Shown piece after piece: positions 51,351 to 64,000 of a DNA stretch of 64,000 nucleotides (its first letter is position 1; every line of letters begins with the position of its first letter). The notes below the pieces were generated by a model that worked only from the letters and a program-made list of their open reading frames with translations, did not search any database and was not told the origin of the DNA. This DNA is from Tricharina praecox (Eukaryota): assembly GCF_024521635.1 (NCBI RefSeq), contig NW_026250404.1, positions 620,001-684,000 of the forward strand, read 5' to 3'. The position numbers and the translations under genes are program-made.

Positions 51351-54300
51351 TCAATACCCACTGGAGACCTTTTCCTCCATCGCCCGCCCCGCAACACTAG
51401 ACATCTGCCACCTCCGCAACATTCTCGGTACATCCTCCCACGGGTTGATCCCAGGGCCGTGCATATAGTCCTGCCGCTCTCTGTAGTAATGCCCGAGTAC
51501 GTACCAGAAAGCAAAGAATGTGAGGCCCCACATATACCACTTCTTCATGGGATCCCTCCGCACTGACGACGACGGCGGGCGGGAAGGCGTTTGTGGCTGC
51601 TTCCACGCCATGGTCTCGAATTCCTCTGGGCTCATGAAGCGCTCGCCGCGGCCAAGGTCGAGCATAGAGTCCGTATCGCTGTATGGCGAGGGATCAACCA
51701 ACTTCCATCGTCGTCGTGAGTGTAGTGTTTCCGAAGTCCGGTTGGCCTCGTCTTCGGGTGAAGCCGGGAGCGCCTGCGGGAGCCGCCAGGTGAGCGCCAT
51801 CTCTTCTTGCGCGGTGACGTGTTGGAGGATGATAGGTGCCAGCACGCGCACGGCGCCCCCGATGGCGCTTCCAAAAGCGCTGCTGGCGAATGAGGCGATA
51901 CAGTCATCATCATCAACATCATCAACGCTCACCTCATCTTCTTCACTCTCATTGTTCGTGGAAGTCTCTTCATCCTCGGATGCGAAATAGTCCGGGTCGT
52001 CCTCCGAGACATATTCCAGGTCATGGTATGCGTCGACTTCCGAGTCCTCCGAACTGGAATCCGTCGATGTGCTGTGGTCGTCTGGGTAAAACAATCTTCT
52101 ATACTCACGTGGGTTCGGCGTATCAGGCGGGAACATTATGATCCACTCCCCTTGTTGGAGTCGCTCCAATGTCTGGCCCTTCTGCAGCTCTGACTCTGTG
52201 AGGGTGGTCGGATCCACATTGGTAGTGGCGTCTTCATTTCCCTGGTCACTGGTATGTCCGGGGAAAGAATCACTTCCTGCGGCTTCCTCCTCCAACTTGG
52301 CATTCGCGATTGCCGCCGCCAACAACTCCTCTTTCTTCCTTTCGGTAGCTAGGCGTCTCTCCTCTGCCGCTGCTGCCTCGGCCACCGCCTGCTTCTTTCT
52401 GGCTTCTTGCCGTGCCGCCTCCTCAGCTGTTCGGGCTTTCCTCTCCGCAGCGAGTCTCGCCTTCTCAGCTGCAGCTGCAGCCTTGCGTGCCGCTTCAGCT
52501 TCCCTCTCCGCTTTCTTCTTCGCAGCGAGCCTCGCCTTCTCAGCTGCAGCCTCTCTCTCCGCTTTCTTTTTCGCAGCGAGTCTCGCCTTCTCAGCTGCAG
52601 CTGCAGCCTTACGTGCCGCTTCAGCTTCTCTTTCCGCCTTCTTCTTTGCCTCCAGCTCTTTTTTCTCCTTCAGTGCTTTCCTTTCTACAGCCATCATCTC
52701 TTCTAATGCTTTCTTCTCTGCAGCGGTCTTCCCCTCCAGTGCTTTCTTTTGCTCCAGTATCCTTTTCTTCTCCTCCGCTGCTCTTTTCTTCTCCGCCGCT
52801 GCTCTTTTCTTCTCCGCCGCTGCTCTTTTCTTCGCCAGAGCCTTCTCTGTCTCCAGAGCCTGCCTCTCCGCAGCTTTGCTGTCCACCAGTGGTATTTTCT
52901 TTGCATTCCGCCTTAGCTTTCTCACTCGCCGCTTCGCCTGCTCGTAGGAGTAGTCTATTATTGCCTCACCCTGACGATCATCATCACCATTACCATCACC
53001 ATCACCATCACCATCACCATCACCATCACCATCACCATCACCATCACCATCACCATCACCATCACCATCACCATCACCATCACCATCACCATCACCATCA
53101 TCATCTTCATCATCTTCACCATCATCACTAACATCACTAACATCACTATCACCATAATCATCACCATCACTGCAATCATCCTCACCACTGTCCTCCGTAG
53201 AACCCGCACGCCCACCCCCCCTCCCATTCAGGTCCTTTTCCAATTTCTCCGCGATCTGCAACAGCCGGTCAAGCTTTTTTTTCTTCAACTTTATCCTGGC
53301 GTGATCATCCGCTCGCGCCTGGCGCCTCCGCATCTGCGCCAGCGCGTCCGTATATTCCGCCGCGGCGTGAAAATCCATGTTGGTGGCAGTCCTGGGAAAC
53401 ACCGGTTTCACGGGGGGAACGTCGGGGGTGGCGGCGGGGGTGCTGACTTCCGGAAGCGTGAGGGCCCGCGCGTATCGCGTGCGGTGCGAGTTCACCGTCT
53501 GGTCATCGAGCAGATGCAGCCCGAGATGACTGCGGCGTGTGGGCGTGGTCTCGGGAAATGCTTCTCGGAACCGCTCCGCGGCGGCGACTTGGAGCTTGGC
53601 CGGTGTGCGTTCGGGAGACTTTTGTCGTCGCCGTGGGATCACTAGTGGAGTGACGTCGCCGTTGCTGTATAACCCGCGCGCAGTCGATGCCGTCGGCGTA
53701 AGCACAGGCTCGTCTTCCTCGGTCGACGATCCGGCGTCGTCCCCGCCTGCGTCGTAGAAACTCGTGTTCATGTCGCCGTCGAAGCGGGTTTCTTGGATCT
53801 TTCCTGTGGGGGCCTTCGAAGGTCCCGTATGTGCGGTGGACCCGTGGGGTATTTCCGCAGGATTGAATGTGAAGTGCGCATGGTAGTCGGGTGAGCTGGT
53901 GATGACGGTACGTCGCAGTGAAGTGGCCGTTCCTGGAGGCCGCAGGGCGCTCCGGAAAGTTGGTTTGCTTTTGGGGCCTTTGCAGGGAAGCGTTTGGCCT
54001 CGGGGAGCTGTGGTTTGCGTTAGAGAGGATAATAGAACCTTTCAACGGAGGAAGGGGGGAGACTGTACTACTGGTGGGCGGTTTGTTAATCGGTTGACCT
54101 GGTGTGAATGGCGCGTCCCAGAACGGTGGAGGTTCCCGTGGCGTCTTTCTCGTGACATGTGGCTCAAATTCATCCTCTTTCGGCGGTGGCTGTTGATCAC
54201 TCTGGTCCTCAGACGAGTCACTCCATGTCTGCAAGGCCTCCAGGAGGCGGACGGCCTCGCGTTTGGTCAGTCGTGCCAGTAGTCCCCTCAACTCCCTCTC

Positions 54301-55729
54301 CGTTCCGTGTAGATACTGCAAATCGTGCTCGGTGAGGATGTTGTCCGCCACGAGCTGCCACTCACGTGCTATTCTCTTGTCCAAGATCATGGCTCGTATT
54401 TGTTCCACATCAACACCGGCATGCCGCAGACGGAGTAGGCCGTAATCATCGATACCGCGCTCCCTTAGGTGAAGTAGCTCCTCCTGAGTGAGTGACTTCG
54501 CAGCTTCGGGGCCCTCCGGATCGAATTCTACCACTCCCTCAGGCCCTGGTATCAATAGTCGTTGCACTCCTATCCGCCGCATAAGCCTATTCCACGGCCG
54601 CATCCATGCTCCGTAGTTTTCACCTATCCACACATACGGTAGTGCATAAAGTAGCGCATATCCCAGTAGTATTCCCATGAAGAAATAAGGTGTCCAGCGC
54701 AGCCAGATCAGATACCCACGGTAGGAGATGGCAAACACCGAGTAGCACTGACCATAAACGCCGACCACCTGCCTGGTATGCATTTCCGGCCACGGCAGAC
54801 CGGTGCCCCTGATCTGTGTCTCGATGAACGCCCACATCCCCGTCCAGAGTATCAGAAAAATCCACCGAGTGGTGAGCTTCCGCTTTAGTCTCTCCAGGGC
54901 CCAGATCGCAAGCCAGAGCGCTATCCATTGCAGCCCCGTGAATTTCAATGGGTAGAATATCTTGTTCCAACTGCCGCGCGGCCCGCTGGGATCAAAGATT
55001 GGCCGCCAGACGACGGGGAAATGCCAGTACACGATGTATCCAGGCAGCCACAGGAGCGCACGGAGCACCCCGCCTCCAGACTGGAGCTCTACCACAAGTA
55101 CCGAAAGCGCAACCAGGGCGTAGAACTCTCTGTGCACCGTGAGCTCGTTGTAGCAGGGACGGCCGTATCGTCTAGCAAGGGTGTATATGCGATCGGTATG
55201 CGCGAAGACGGACACCATGATCCACGTATACTTGGAGTAGGCGTAGTACTTTGCGAAGATCCAGAACGTGAGGACATTCCACATTGCCATTCGCGGGCCG
55301 AAGACAATTTCCCACAGGTACAGAAAACTAAACACCATCCAGCCCAGAGGTAGGTCGGCCCATGTCATCATGCCGGCTAACTCCTCAATGGCTTCGTCCG
55401 CGACATCGTATAGCCGGTCTGCATAATATTCGACAGTATGCGACCATCGGGTCCGTGTTCGACGTAGCCAGCTCTTAAGATTCCGGTAACGCGTACGATA
55501 GATGTCCATTACGACGGAGAGAATGGGGATTCTGTACGAGCTCAGCGTCAATGTCCTCCAATAAGAGCTTGGGAGTGACCTCACTCTTGCGATGTATGAG
55601 TCTCCAGTCCAGTTGTATTCACCAGTAGTAGGCGCCACAAGTGTATGTAGTACTGCCAAAACCCTCTTATCCTAGCTGTGCACTGTTGAGACAATCACTT
55701 TGTTCGAGAAAGATGGAATCGGGGCTCAT
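51351..55729 (-). CDS. Large orphan membrane protein, ~1,420 aa: N-terminal multi-TM region, (GD)n tract, A/E/K-rich helix, acidic tract, C-terminal TM
   Basis: An intron with CTAAC and a CAG acceptor at 54008, and phase-1 donor candidates at 54068, 54071 or 54098, joins the 718-aa and 806-aa ORFs in frame. Possible first exon 55729-55699 (46-nt intron); otherwise ATG at 55509. Confidence 0.65.
52983..53105. repeat. (CCATCA)n hexamer microsatellite encoding Gly-Asp repeats on the minus strand
   Basis: About 19 tandem units inside the CDS. Confidence 0.95.
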
Positions 55730-56038
55730 AGAAAAGGATTGTGCTGGCCTGGGTGACAGAATATGATGCCTTCAGCACGTCCAGGGAAAACACAAGTTGA
55801 TGAGTGTGATGAAGCCACAAGACGTGGTGAACGGTGAAGCGAGGCATCGAGGGCATCCCGTCAGATGGTCCCCCCCTTTGTTTTACGACCGTCGAGGACA
55901 AAACACTGTACACAAAGAAAAAACCGAGCGAGAAGCAAAAGAACCGGCGTTTCGCCCTTTGTTTCGTCGACGGGCAAACCTAACCCTGCTCTACCCACGC
56001 AACAAAACACCCATCATCGCCAGTACATGGGCCGCCCA

Positions 56039-57310
56039 TTACTCCTTTCGCAGGCAGCATCGAGTAAACGACTCGAACTCCCAAGCAACCACTCCGGCTA
56101 CCACCGGCCACGTGTGCTCGATCCGTTCCTGATTCTGTCGCACATTCCCGGGCAAGTCACTGCCTATCTTCACGGCACACATCCTACGTATTATCGCCAG
56201 GTTAGCACCAGCCTCAATCATAAGCCAGAATTGCGGGTTTCATTACCTGTAGAGACGACATCCGAGGGCAAACTCTCCATGGATAGCGTTCTCCACGTGG
56301 TATTTGACCTTCATTCCGAGGCGTGGTGGAAGACAAACGTGATCAGTGAATCTCCATTCATCGCTGTCACTCTGCTCCAGCTCGAGATCCGGGAACGTCA
56401 TTTTCTTTTTGTCTGGGTTGAATAGTCCGGATTTGACGATAGGTGGGAAGCCAGGAGCCGAAGTATTGGTAAACGTCATGGTGTAGGTCAGGTTTCGGAG
56501 GTCGTAGTGAATCTTGGCGATCGGTCCGGGCTGCGTGATATTGAGACCTCTTGACTGATCCTCTACCAGCTTGGTCATGTTCACGTACTCGGTTCGGCGT
56601 CCACTCGTGCCAGCCTCCGAAGGCTCGGGCTCGGTGACGTGGGTGGCCAGTTCGAATGTTCCCCAGTTGTAGCTCTTGTCCTTCTGCAGATCTCGATTGT
56701 AGCCGTCGAACCCCAAGGATTGATTCCAAAGCCGCACCAGGTCCATCGTATACTGGTGGTGACCATCCTTGAAGAAGCGAATCGTGGAAGAGGCCTCATG
56801 AATCGGAGAACCTGACGCACCGTCATAGCTAGGAAAGTCCGACTTGACGTAGACCTCCGCCATGAGCATGTACCCACTGCACGCATGCTCGTACTCGCGC
56901 CTCACAAACATGTCCCGGAAAGCAATCGAGGAAACCAAGCCGTAGGATCCAAGGACCAGAAGGACGACTATGCCGATTGCCTTATGCACCGGGACGGAAC
57001 GGCAGCAGAGGATGGTAGTTGCATTCCTGAACTTCTTCATCCGGAGGGAATCGGTGTCACGGAAAGCCCCGTAGACATAGCAGACGTTGATCAGACCGAC
57101 AAGGACGGCAAAGGCGCACAGACCGACGTAGATGGCCGTAAAGCACCAGTAGCCTTGGTCGCGCAGCCACATCATCGTCTTGGATGTCGGATGAACGAAC
57201 GAGTAGTTCATGAAGATTGCCCACACGATCATGACGACGTTAAGGGACAGGAGCGGATACTTGAACTTGCTGCTAATCGGACCGAGGGGGACAGTATTGA
57301 GGAGAAACAT
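56039..57310 (-). CDS. Hypothetical membrane glycoprotein, three N-terminal TM segments, ~402 aa
   Basis: Exons 57310-56247 and 56183-56039 (intron GTAATG...GCTAAC...TAG), in frame. Several N-x-S/T sequons after the TM segments. Confidence 0.75.
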
Positions 57311-58713
57311 TGCGCGCGATAGGGTGATGTTTCGTCTTGTCTTCCGTTGCTGATCGTCTGCCGTCCGAGCTTCGTGGTCGTCGTCGTCGTCTCTCTCTCT
57401 GTCTCTCTTGATGGCGGAGAGGAAGCAAGGGGTTCTGTGCTGTAGAGAATAGCGAAACGACAGCGGGAGTCATGTATAATCGTACCGTTTTGGTAAGACC
57501 GCCGAGTCGCTGGTTGAGCCTCGACACATTTCATGCGAAACCACCAATCGGGCCACAGACGTCGTCTTGATACATACAATTGATGCACGTCCGTAAGCCG
57601 CTGCATACGAGTCGGGAGTTGTGATACGTGAATCGAGTATCACACAACATGATACGTGTGATTTCGTATGATTCCCTAATTCATCACGAACCCAGGCCCA
57701 CATCGTGACCAGCGGTGTCGCGCAGAAATGGCCGTGGCACCAAAGCGGGCCGGTACTGAGCCAAGACATAACTATGCGGGTCCTTTATGTAGCACCTCGA
57801 TCTGTAGGGCTCTAACTTCACAAATATAGCTCTTGATCGGATTAGATAATAACGACGGCCGGGACATTCCGGCCGGCTGCAGCACCATGACTTCACCGTT
57901 GAGATAATGTCGGAAAACCTTATGTAATAGCCAGAGGGGGCTTTTCCAGGAAAGCCCAGGCCGATCCCATACCGGTATCGCTTAAGGGGTCTCCACCTCG
58001 TTGCGCCGTGCACGAGCCGGACGGATTCTTGTTTTGGACTTTGTGGGGTTTGCTGCGGCTGGCCACATGTGGTCGCCCCGCCTGTGGGCACCATCAATAC
58101 AGCGTTCCTTCCCCGGCTTTCCTCCCCAGCTTTCCTCGCCCCAGATTTCCATCCCCAGCTTTTCTTCCCCACATCCCCCCGCATCGCTTTGGACTCGCCT
58201 ACTCCTGTCAGTCTGCGGTTAGCGCAGCTCGCTTGATGGCGAGCACGAAGAAAGCTCAGAAAAAAAGCTTCCCGCCACGATGGATCCGGAAACACGATCG
58301 GCCTGGCACTGTGGTTTGGGTGGCCGTCCCCACTCACGCCGCGCCGATTGGTCGCAGGGCGTGGCGGCCGCTAAGAAACACCCAACTACATAGCTCCGGC
58401 ACTTCAACCGAGACTCCACTCCGTAACCCTGTGCCAACCTAATCGTCTTCGAGCTAGTTGGCTAGCCAGGGCTGGGGCGTTTTACTCCACGATATCCTAG
58501 TGCTGGGTCGCACTGTCGTTCACTAGTTACAGATAGGGATGTGGGGACACTCGTGAGAGGCTGGCGGTCTGCTTGATCCTGCCTGTGAAAACTACAGCCA
58601 GACGCGCATAAAAGCGCGCAACCTCCCCTCCCATATCTGCGTCTTCCTCGGATCACGACCGTTGTCTGGCTATCACAATCACGAGACACGCCGACACACA
58701 CGATACAGCAACA

Positions 58714-60623
58714 ATGGGATTCCAACCACTCGCCCGCCTGCGCGGCACACCGCTGGTGTACAGCATCACCATCGCATCCAGTTCGGGGTTTATGCTCTTC
58801 GGTAGGTGCTCTTTGCGGCTTCACTTTCAGGGGCAATCCCATTAACACTTTCACGTGCCAGGCTACGACCAAGGTGTCTTCTCTGGTGTTATTGTTGCGC
58901 CATGGTTCCTTGAAAAGTTCAACCATCCGGACGCCGGGTTAATGGGAACCGTGAACGCTCTCTTCGACATTGGCGGCGCGATCGGAGCAATTATCGTTTT
59001 TCTCATAGGAGGATATTTGGGTCGGAAGAGGTCTATTCTGGTAGGTCCTCGCGGCTCTGGTGACCGGAAGGAGTGGAATCTGATTGTGTTAGCTTGGATC
59101 TATCATCGTTATCATCGGAGCAATTATTCAGGCAACTGCAGGCACTATCGCAGCGCTATGCGTTGGGCGTATAGTGGCAGGAGTCGGTGTGGGCATAGAC
59201 ACTACTGCAATCCGTGAGTGTTTCTCGACTGCCGGCGTGGATGATCGCCCTGCTAATATATCTGTGCAGCTGTATGGCAAGCCGAAACAGCACCGCCGAA
59301 ATCGCGAGGTCTCCACATGGGTAAGCACACAATCCTAGCTCGTGGCCACTCAATGGCTAAATCTCGAGAACTTTAGGATTGGAATTGGTTTTCACGGCTA
59401 CCGGTTTGCTTATTTCCCAATGGACGAATTTCGGTCTCGGAACGAACAACGGCTCTGCAGCCTTCTTTATCCCTGTCCTCTTGCAGATTGTGTTCCCGGC
59501 AATCACCATCGTGATGCTTCTATCCGGTCTTCCTGAGAGTCCTAGGTGAGCTAATCCATTCAACATCGCCGTTTGTGGTTTCCTCCGTCCTAACAAGGTC
59601 ATCACAGATGGCTTATTGGCAAGGGTCGAATCGACGAAGCCAAGGAGGCTCTCGAGCGCCTCCATGACTCATCAGAAGACAGAAGCGTCGAAGATTATTT
59701 CAGGGAGATGCAGGAAGTTGTCGAGCTGGAGGGAGTCTCCGAGAAGTCTAACTTCAAGCTTATTTTCACCTCCGGCCCAACACAGAACCTGCGCCGTGTT
59801 CTGCTCGCCTGTTGGATGATGAGTATGCAGCAACTTGGAGGCATCAACTCGATTACCTACTACGTACCCACACTTTTGCAGCAATTCCTTAGGACCTCTC
59901 GATACACCTCTCTCTGGGTTGCCGGTCTGACGTGAGTGCCCCCATTGAGGAGAAATAGTTGATCCAATGCTAACACAAGGGATCTCAGATCGGTTATCTC
60001 GGTTACATGCGCGCTGTTCCCAGTATTCTTTATCGATCGCCTAGGTCGTATCCCGCTTCTCGTCGGCGGTGCCGTCGGCCAGTCCGTCTGCTTTGCCATT
60101 GTCGCCGCGCTGCTTGCCACGACTCCCGAGAACTCGTACGCTTTCGGATTCGGCATCATCTTCTTCATTTACCTCTACTTCGCCATCTTCAGCGGAACCT
60201 GGCTCGCCGGTTCTTGGATGTACCCCGCTGAGATCTTGCCTCTCCGCGTCCGAGGTGCTGGTGCCTCCATGGGTGTCTTCTGCTACTGGATGTTCAACTT
60301 CCTGGTAAGCCTTCCCAGCCTCAACCCCTCCCAGATGCCCCAGTAATCTAACACGTCTCAATCAGGTCGTTATGATCACTCCCACTGCCCTGCAGAACAT
60401 CGGCTACAAGATGTACGTCATCTTCGCCATCTTCAACATGTGGTTCGCTATCACGATCTGGTTCATCTACCCCGAGACCGCCGGCAAGACTCTCGAGGAC
60501 ATCGACATGGAGTTCGCCAAGAAATACGGCGGCGACAATGCTCTGAACGAGCTCGAGAGCAGTGCCAGCGCCTCGGGATTCGACAAGGGCCACGGCACGA
60601 GTGTCGAGAAGGAGAGCGTCTAG
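58714..60623 (+). CDS. MFS sugar porter (Stl1-like sugar/polyol:H+ symporter), ~501 aa, 8 exons
   Basis: Introns 58802-58861, 59041-59092, 59214-59269, 59321-59376, 59546-59607, 59932-59988 and 60305-60365. Motifs FGYDQG, GRK, PESPRW, QQLGGINSITYY, DRLGR, YPAEI, PETAGKTLE. Confidence 0.92.
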
Positions 60624-62006
60624 CTCACTGGTCGCTAATGACGGGTGGTGCGTGTGAACTGATGAAAGATGGCGTGGTGGGGCGGTGTATATGTTTTTTT
60701 AATTCATTTTGAGCATGGTTACTTATTTACTGTGCTCCTTCGATTGCACTCATGGGGAAGAGTGCGGCTTGGTTAAATTTCCTACTTAACTCAATGATCT
60801 TTTGTAATGATATCCGGTCGGTGCGGTTCTGTATCTACATACTATATCAAACTTTCGTTCTTCACACCTCACCATTCCGTACTAGGGGATGGCCCATAGT
60901 ACCGGTACGCAACCGAGAACATACCTGCCTTGGGGGAATGCATTTGCTAGCGGACATGCGCCATTTTTCCACCCTCGGGACATATCTTTAGTTCTTTTCA
61001 CGAGATTAAATACGGCAGCCGGTGAAGGTTCCGAGACATTCCAACCACGGATCAAGGTGAAGACAAGCTTTCCCGGAGTTTCCAATGTAGGAGACCTGCA
61101 GCCCACGGCTCCACATACACACCTACATATGACAAGGCGTCAATGGGCAGTTTTCCAGGTTACCAAATCGTGCACTTCGGCGTGAGCTTGGCCAGGCGAA
61201 CACGACAGAGTGATACCCCATGGATCTGAAATTCGCAGACGTCCGCCGCGGCAGCAGACGGCGTCTAGGCATGGAGTCTAACTACGAGTCTAACCACGAT
61301 AGTTACCCTCAAATAGCCTACACAAACTGCACAGGCGCCGCTACTTCACATTCATAGCCGAGTTCCGCCACCATGTCCATTGTTCGCTCACATCACGCCA
61401 CTACGACACCACGCCATCACACTCACCAGCTCATCTCGTAGATTATCGAGCTGTCACACCATTCAGGAACACATAAGTACCTTACGGCACTCATCTGTCT
61501 ACGGGAAATGACCCCACTGATACCGATACCTTGTTTTCCTTGCCGAAAGGTGGTACCTGCATACTTACCTTGCCTTATGTGCGGATAGGTACAGAGTCGA
61601 TTATGGAAGAATACGATGGTCCGTTCGTACGTGTAAGCAGGGAATCAGCATAAGTGTACCAGAGAATCGCAGAAACATACCAATATACCGTAGGAGGGGG
61701 ATGTTGATGGAGTGGATTCATAGACTGTGGCTGGGGGTAAACGAATAATTTTGCACGAATAGGCTAGGTAGGCAATACCGAACAGGTAGAATAGAATACA
61801 AGTGGGGAGAAAGAGAGGCCATCCCTCCAAGAGAGCGAAATGTGAGATGCAAAAGAAAACGCGGTGAAACCCTCCAACAAAACCCAGTCCAAGAAGATGC
61901 CCAAAAAAACGCCATAAAGAAACCTGCCAAAAAGAAATGAGATCGCTGTCGGTGCCAGAACCCTCTGTTCAGTTAGGAATAAATACATATCTTCAATTCA
62001 TCAATC

Positions 62007-63962
62007 CTAGTACTTAGTCCGCAAAGACCGGATCTTCTCATCGTGCCAGTTACCGCCGGCGATATCACCCTCCAATTCAAACAGCCTCTCCTGCTTCTCC
62101 ACCGGCTGGGCCGCCTTCTTCCTTTCGGCCAAATACGCTTCGATCTCCGCATCAAGGGCGCATTTTGGAGCGACCACCGGCGACCTCGCCTTCTCAGCGA
62201 GCAGCTTCTTCCGTCTCGCAGCCAGCATCGCCTCGAGTTCCAACTCCATCTGCAAATCATCCGAGACTCCATCGTACATGCCACTTACGTAGTCGCCATC
62301 GTAATCGTAGCCCATTTGGCTATCGGGCTTTATCACGCCCATGTGTCTATTGACGTTGTGGATGTTGTGAGTGCCCCCGTAAAACCCGTCATCTTCTCCG
62401 ATCGTGCCCAGGCCTAGACCCTGGCCCGTATCGTAGGATTCATATTGATACGCGTCGATGGACGATGCGTGGGATGTTCTCCCGCCGGAATCCAATGATG
62501 TAGTTGCGGTCGGTGTCCTGGGGAACGAGCGTCCGCGGGACGAAGAGCTTCGAACAGTTGACCGGGAAGACGATCTCGAGTGTGGCCGGGAGTGGGACCT
62601 GGAGGAGGATGAGGAGTGGCTGTGCTGCAGGGACAAGGCTTCTCCATAAACTGCACCCTCGGGGTTCAATACAGAGGCTCGCTGCAACTGGTCAATCTCG
62701 GGCTTGGGTGCTTGGATAAGCGGACTGGGATTTTCAGAGTGTGGCGACCCCGAATAAAATGATTCCGCCCACTCGGCAATGTCAATGTCGTAGTCGGTAT
62801 CTGCAGTTGTCGGCCGGCCCAGGCCTTGCTTCTCAGTATATCGACTTCTACCGGCGGCAGAAGGCACTATCAGTGGGGCCAGGTTTGCGTAGGTGTTCTC
62901 GGTTCGTGGTCCAGTCGGTAGGTGAGTGACCGTTCTTGGAACGCTCTGGGATCGTGATCCGTCCTGCACTGTTCGTGAAAGCGATTCATCCTTGCGACGA
63001 TAATTGCTCACGGCACCTCGCGATGATGACCTAGCGACAGGGGGCGAAATTTCACTTCCAGGAAGTTCGGCAACAAAGGCACCCCCGGTGACAGGCGGGC
63101 CCGTGGCCACCGAGTCAGGAGACCACGGCTGGTAGTAACCACCCGTTTGCACGGTGCTTTTGGAATCGGAAGTCCCGTCCTCCTGCGAAGCACCATTCTT
63201 CCTTCCGAACCTTCTCGCAATGCTGGCCACGAATTCGTCGGCAGCACTTCTTCCCGGTGGCAGCTTATTCTCGGCTGGATAAATTCCAAGTACCGTCTCC
63301 AGCACCTTCTTTTCCGGGGCCTTTTTTGCTTTTGGGGTTGCGTTCGATGGCCTCTGACCACTATCGCCGTCAATCCCCGCTGTTCGAGGGTCGGGTATCT
63401 GCTGTCCCTTTAGCGAGCGCGAGCGCGAGCGGGCGCCGGATGCGAGTGAGGGCGGTGGTGGCTTAGATAGAGAGGACTCGGTGCGACCGGACGCTGCGTT
63501 GGATGTTGTCGAACGGTGTAAAGTGGCCTCTATTGACGGATATCCGCCTTTTTCTCGGGACGCGGTAGGTGGTGACAAGGAACCGGAATGCTGCGGCTTG
63601 TCGGAATAGCTTCGTTCCGGAGCCCTCGGCCGAGAGCGCTCTCTTCCGGCGGTGATACTGTTCTCTCGAGAGGGTTTGCTTCGTAGTTGAGGGGGAGCTT
63701 GTGTTGGGAGTCCATGTGTGCGCGGAAGGGAATGTTCTGATTGTTTGCGAGGAAAAGAGTGGGAGCTGGACGAAGCGGGGCTTTCGCTAGTCGGCCAGTA
63801 TTCGATATTCGTTGCCCCGGACATAGGTCCCGTGGTATCGTAACTGTATTTGGGCGGTATTGAACGGTCCGGATGTCCTGCCGGCGCTGCATCCCTCCTC
63901 ATCGAACCACTGACATGAGAACGCGCCTTCTCGGCCATCAACAACCTCATGCTTTGATCCAA
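62007..63962 (-). CDS. Ser/Arg/Pro-rich, largely disordered hypothetical protein; probably extends past the window end
   Basis: 651-aa open frame with a charged helical C-terminus (ELELEAMLAARRKKLL...LFELEGD). The true start is not established. Confidence 0.7.
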   Translation of the reverse strand: MDQSMRLLMAEKARSHVSGSMRRDAAPAGHPDRSIPPKYSYDTTGPMSGATNIEYWPTSESPASSSSHSFPRKQSEHSLPRTHGLPTQAPPQLRSKPSRENSITAGRERSRPRAPERSYSDKPQHSGSLSPPTASREKGGYPSIEATLHRSTTSNAASGRTESSLSKPPPPSLASGARSRSRSLKGQQIPDPRTAGIDGDSGQRPSNATPKAKKAPEKKVLETVLGIYPAENKLPPGRSAADEFVASIARRFGRKNGASQEDGTSDSKSTVQTGGYYQPWSPDSVATGPPVTGGAFVAELPGSEISPPVARSSSRGAVSNYRRKDESLSRTVQDGSRSQSVPRTVTHLPTGPRTENTYANLAPLIVPSAAGRSRYTEKQGLGRPTTADTDYDIDIAEWAESFYSGSPHSENPSPLIQAPKPEIDQLQRASVLNPEGAVYGEALSLQHSHSSSSSRSHSRPHSRSSSRSTVRSSSSRGRSFPRTPTATTSLDSGGRTSHASSIDAYQYESYDTGQGLGLGTIGEDDGFYGGTHNIHNVNRHMGVIKPDSQMGYDYDGDYVSGMYDGVSDDLQMELELEAMLAARRKKLLAEKARSPVVAPKCALDAEIEAYLAERKKAAQPVEKQERLFELEGDIAGGNWHDEKIRSLRTKY

Positions 63963-64000
63963 CTCATACTGTGAAGATGTATGGGCACTGGAAGATATCC

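Noticed and set aside
52138..53227. Poly-His, (MV)n and Ala/Phe/Ser-rich ORFs
   Set aside because: Off-frame or antisense readings of the (CCATCA)n and A/E/K repeats of the minus-strand gene.
1..64000. tRNA, 5S/rRNA, CRISPR arrays, transposase, reverse transcriptase or tyrosine-recombinase genes
   Set aside because: None recognised by eye. tRNAscan-SE, Infernal and HMM searches would be needed to exclude them formally.

Overview
Eukaryotic DNA from a filamentous ascomycete. Evidence: short GT-AG introns with CTAAC/CTGAC branch points, long microsatellite-rich intergenic regions, and Pezizomycotina-type genes; Pezizomycetes is my inference only. I built spliced gene models by hand. Recognisable genes: RPB4 (partial), an ARS2/SERRATE homolog, a Rad53-type FHA-kinase-FHA checkpoint kinase, an Mnn10-type GT34 glycosyltransferase, an NTF2-like protein, an AusD-like SAM methyltransferase and an MFS sugar porter. 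Unassigned genes include an F-box/LRR protein with repeated CxxC modules, a three-exon Gln-rich NLS plus tail-anchor protein built from duplicated exon-intron units, and a ~1,420-aa membrane protein that the ORF track splits in two. Non-coding signals include an ~80-bp dispersed repeat ending in an over-represented CTCACTCGTC motif (two copies of which bracket the Gln-rich gene in inverted orientation), a ~60-nt hairpin in a divergent promoter, and a probable GC-AG intron in ARS2. I recognised no tRNA, rRNA, CRISPR array or transposase. I cannot demonstrate a new biological system; the 45-56 kb block is the best candidate.
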